Shown: positions 15,886 to 16,291 of the stretch, in pieces
How positions within the stretch are numbered: the first letter of the stretch is position 1
Layout: every line of letters starts with the position of its first letter
Source: Polyangiales bacterium
GTDB lineage: Bacteria > Myxococcota_A > Polyangia > Polyangiales > Houyiibacteriaceae
NCBI GenBank assembly: GCA_045106895.1
Contig: JBGCFM010000283.1
Span: forward strand, 1 to 16,291
Reading direction: 5' to 3'
DNA: 16,291 nt
Notes under the pieces: generated by a model
The model's input: only the letters and a program-made list of their open reading frames with translations
The model's database searches: none
What the model was told of the DNA's origin: nothing
Made by a program: the position numbers and the translations under genes

Positions 15886-16290
15886 CTAGAAGCGGCCGCG
15901 AAGATGAACCGCGGACACCCCGACATCGACCTCGACTCGCGGCTTCCGCTTCGCCGCGAGACCCCAAATCAACCCGGTCACGCAGACGACTCCGCCGGCG
16001 ATGAAGAGCGCGTTGGCGATGTTGGCGCGCCTCTGGGCGGTCTCTCCAATGACGAGAGCAGACCGATGGTCCGTGGCGTCACGAATGTCCTGAACCGAAG
16101 CGCGCGAGAGCACTCCGGCGACAACACCGCCGCCGAGCGTCGCTGCGCCCAGACCGAAAACAACCCAGGGGAGTGGACGGCGTGGCCCCTCCGAAAGCGG
16201 CTCTTCGGCTTCCGCGGGGTCGGGCGCCTGCACACGCAGATCTGGGCCTTCGTCCGGCGGCGCTTCTTGGCGTCGAAGCGTTTCATCGAG
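15886..16290 (-). CDS. C-terminal part of a membrane-associated protein resembling myxobacterial TPR/PEGA proteins; start outside the window
   Basis: The frame of ORF 15886..16233 stays open to the window end. Pro-rich linker, two Gly-rich hydrophobic segments (PWVVFGLGAATLGGGVVAG; ANALFIAGGVVCVTGLIW) and terminal VHLRGRF. Confidence 0.7.
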   Translation of the reverse strand, partial: LDETLRRQEAPPDEGPDLRVQAPDPAEAEEPLSEGPRRPLPWVVFGLGAATLGGGVVAGVLSRASVQDIRDATDHRSALVIGETAQRRANIANALFIAGGVVCVTGLIWGLAAKRKPRVEVDVGVSAVHLRGRF

Positions 16291-16291
16291 C

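Noticed and set aside
15780..15926. 49-aa N-terminal extension of the precursor ORF
   Set aside because: It overlaps the upstream gene's 3' end and spans the promoter-like box just before Met50.

Overview
High-GC bacterial DNA whose gene content (AgmX/PglI-type C-terminal domain lipoprotein, Cys-rich MopE-motif lipoprotein, TPR/PEGA-type C-terminus) suggests a myxobacterium (inference). The main feature is a dispersed, RiPP-like His-Xaa-Ser system. A 70-aa precursor-like ORF (15567..15779, minus) ends in HCS-(HGS)5-W and overlaps the likely start of an HxsC-like radical SAM gene (14485..15573). At the left end are four more radical SAM genes and a flavin-dependent halogenase-family gene. These include a tandem two-domain rSAM, an rSAM with a degenerate second domain, and a cobalamin-type rSAM fused to a second rSAM. 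A stand-alone rSAM half-domain lies at 12855..13346. In total there are seven intact CxxxCxxC motifs in five genes plus two cluster-less paralogous domains. The rSAMs share an RRLPVL-like linker motif, and three system genes have TGC-TAnnnT boxes 6-8 nt before their start codons; two of these form an inverted-repeat divergent promoter. The middle block encodes a GNAT, a pteridine-reductase-like SDR, an HD hydrolase, three lipoproteins and a small Zn-ribbon protein. Family calls rest on motifs read by eye; no searches were run.
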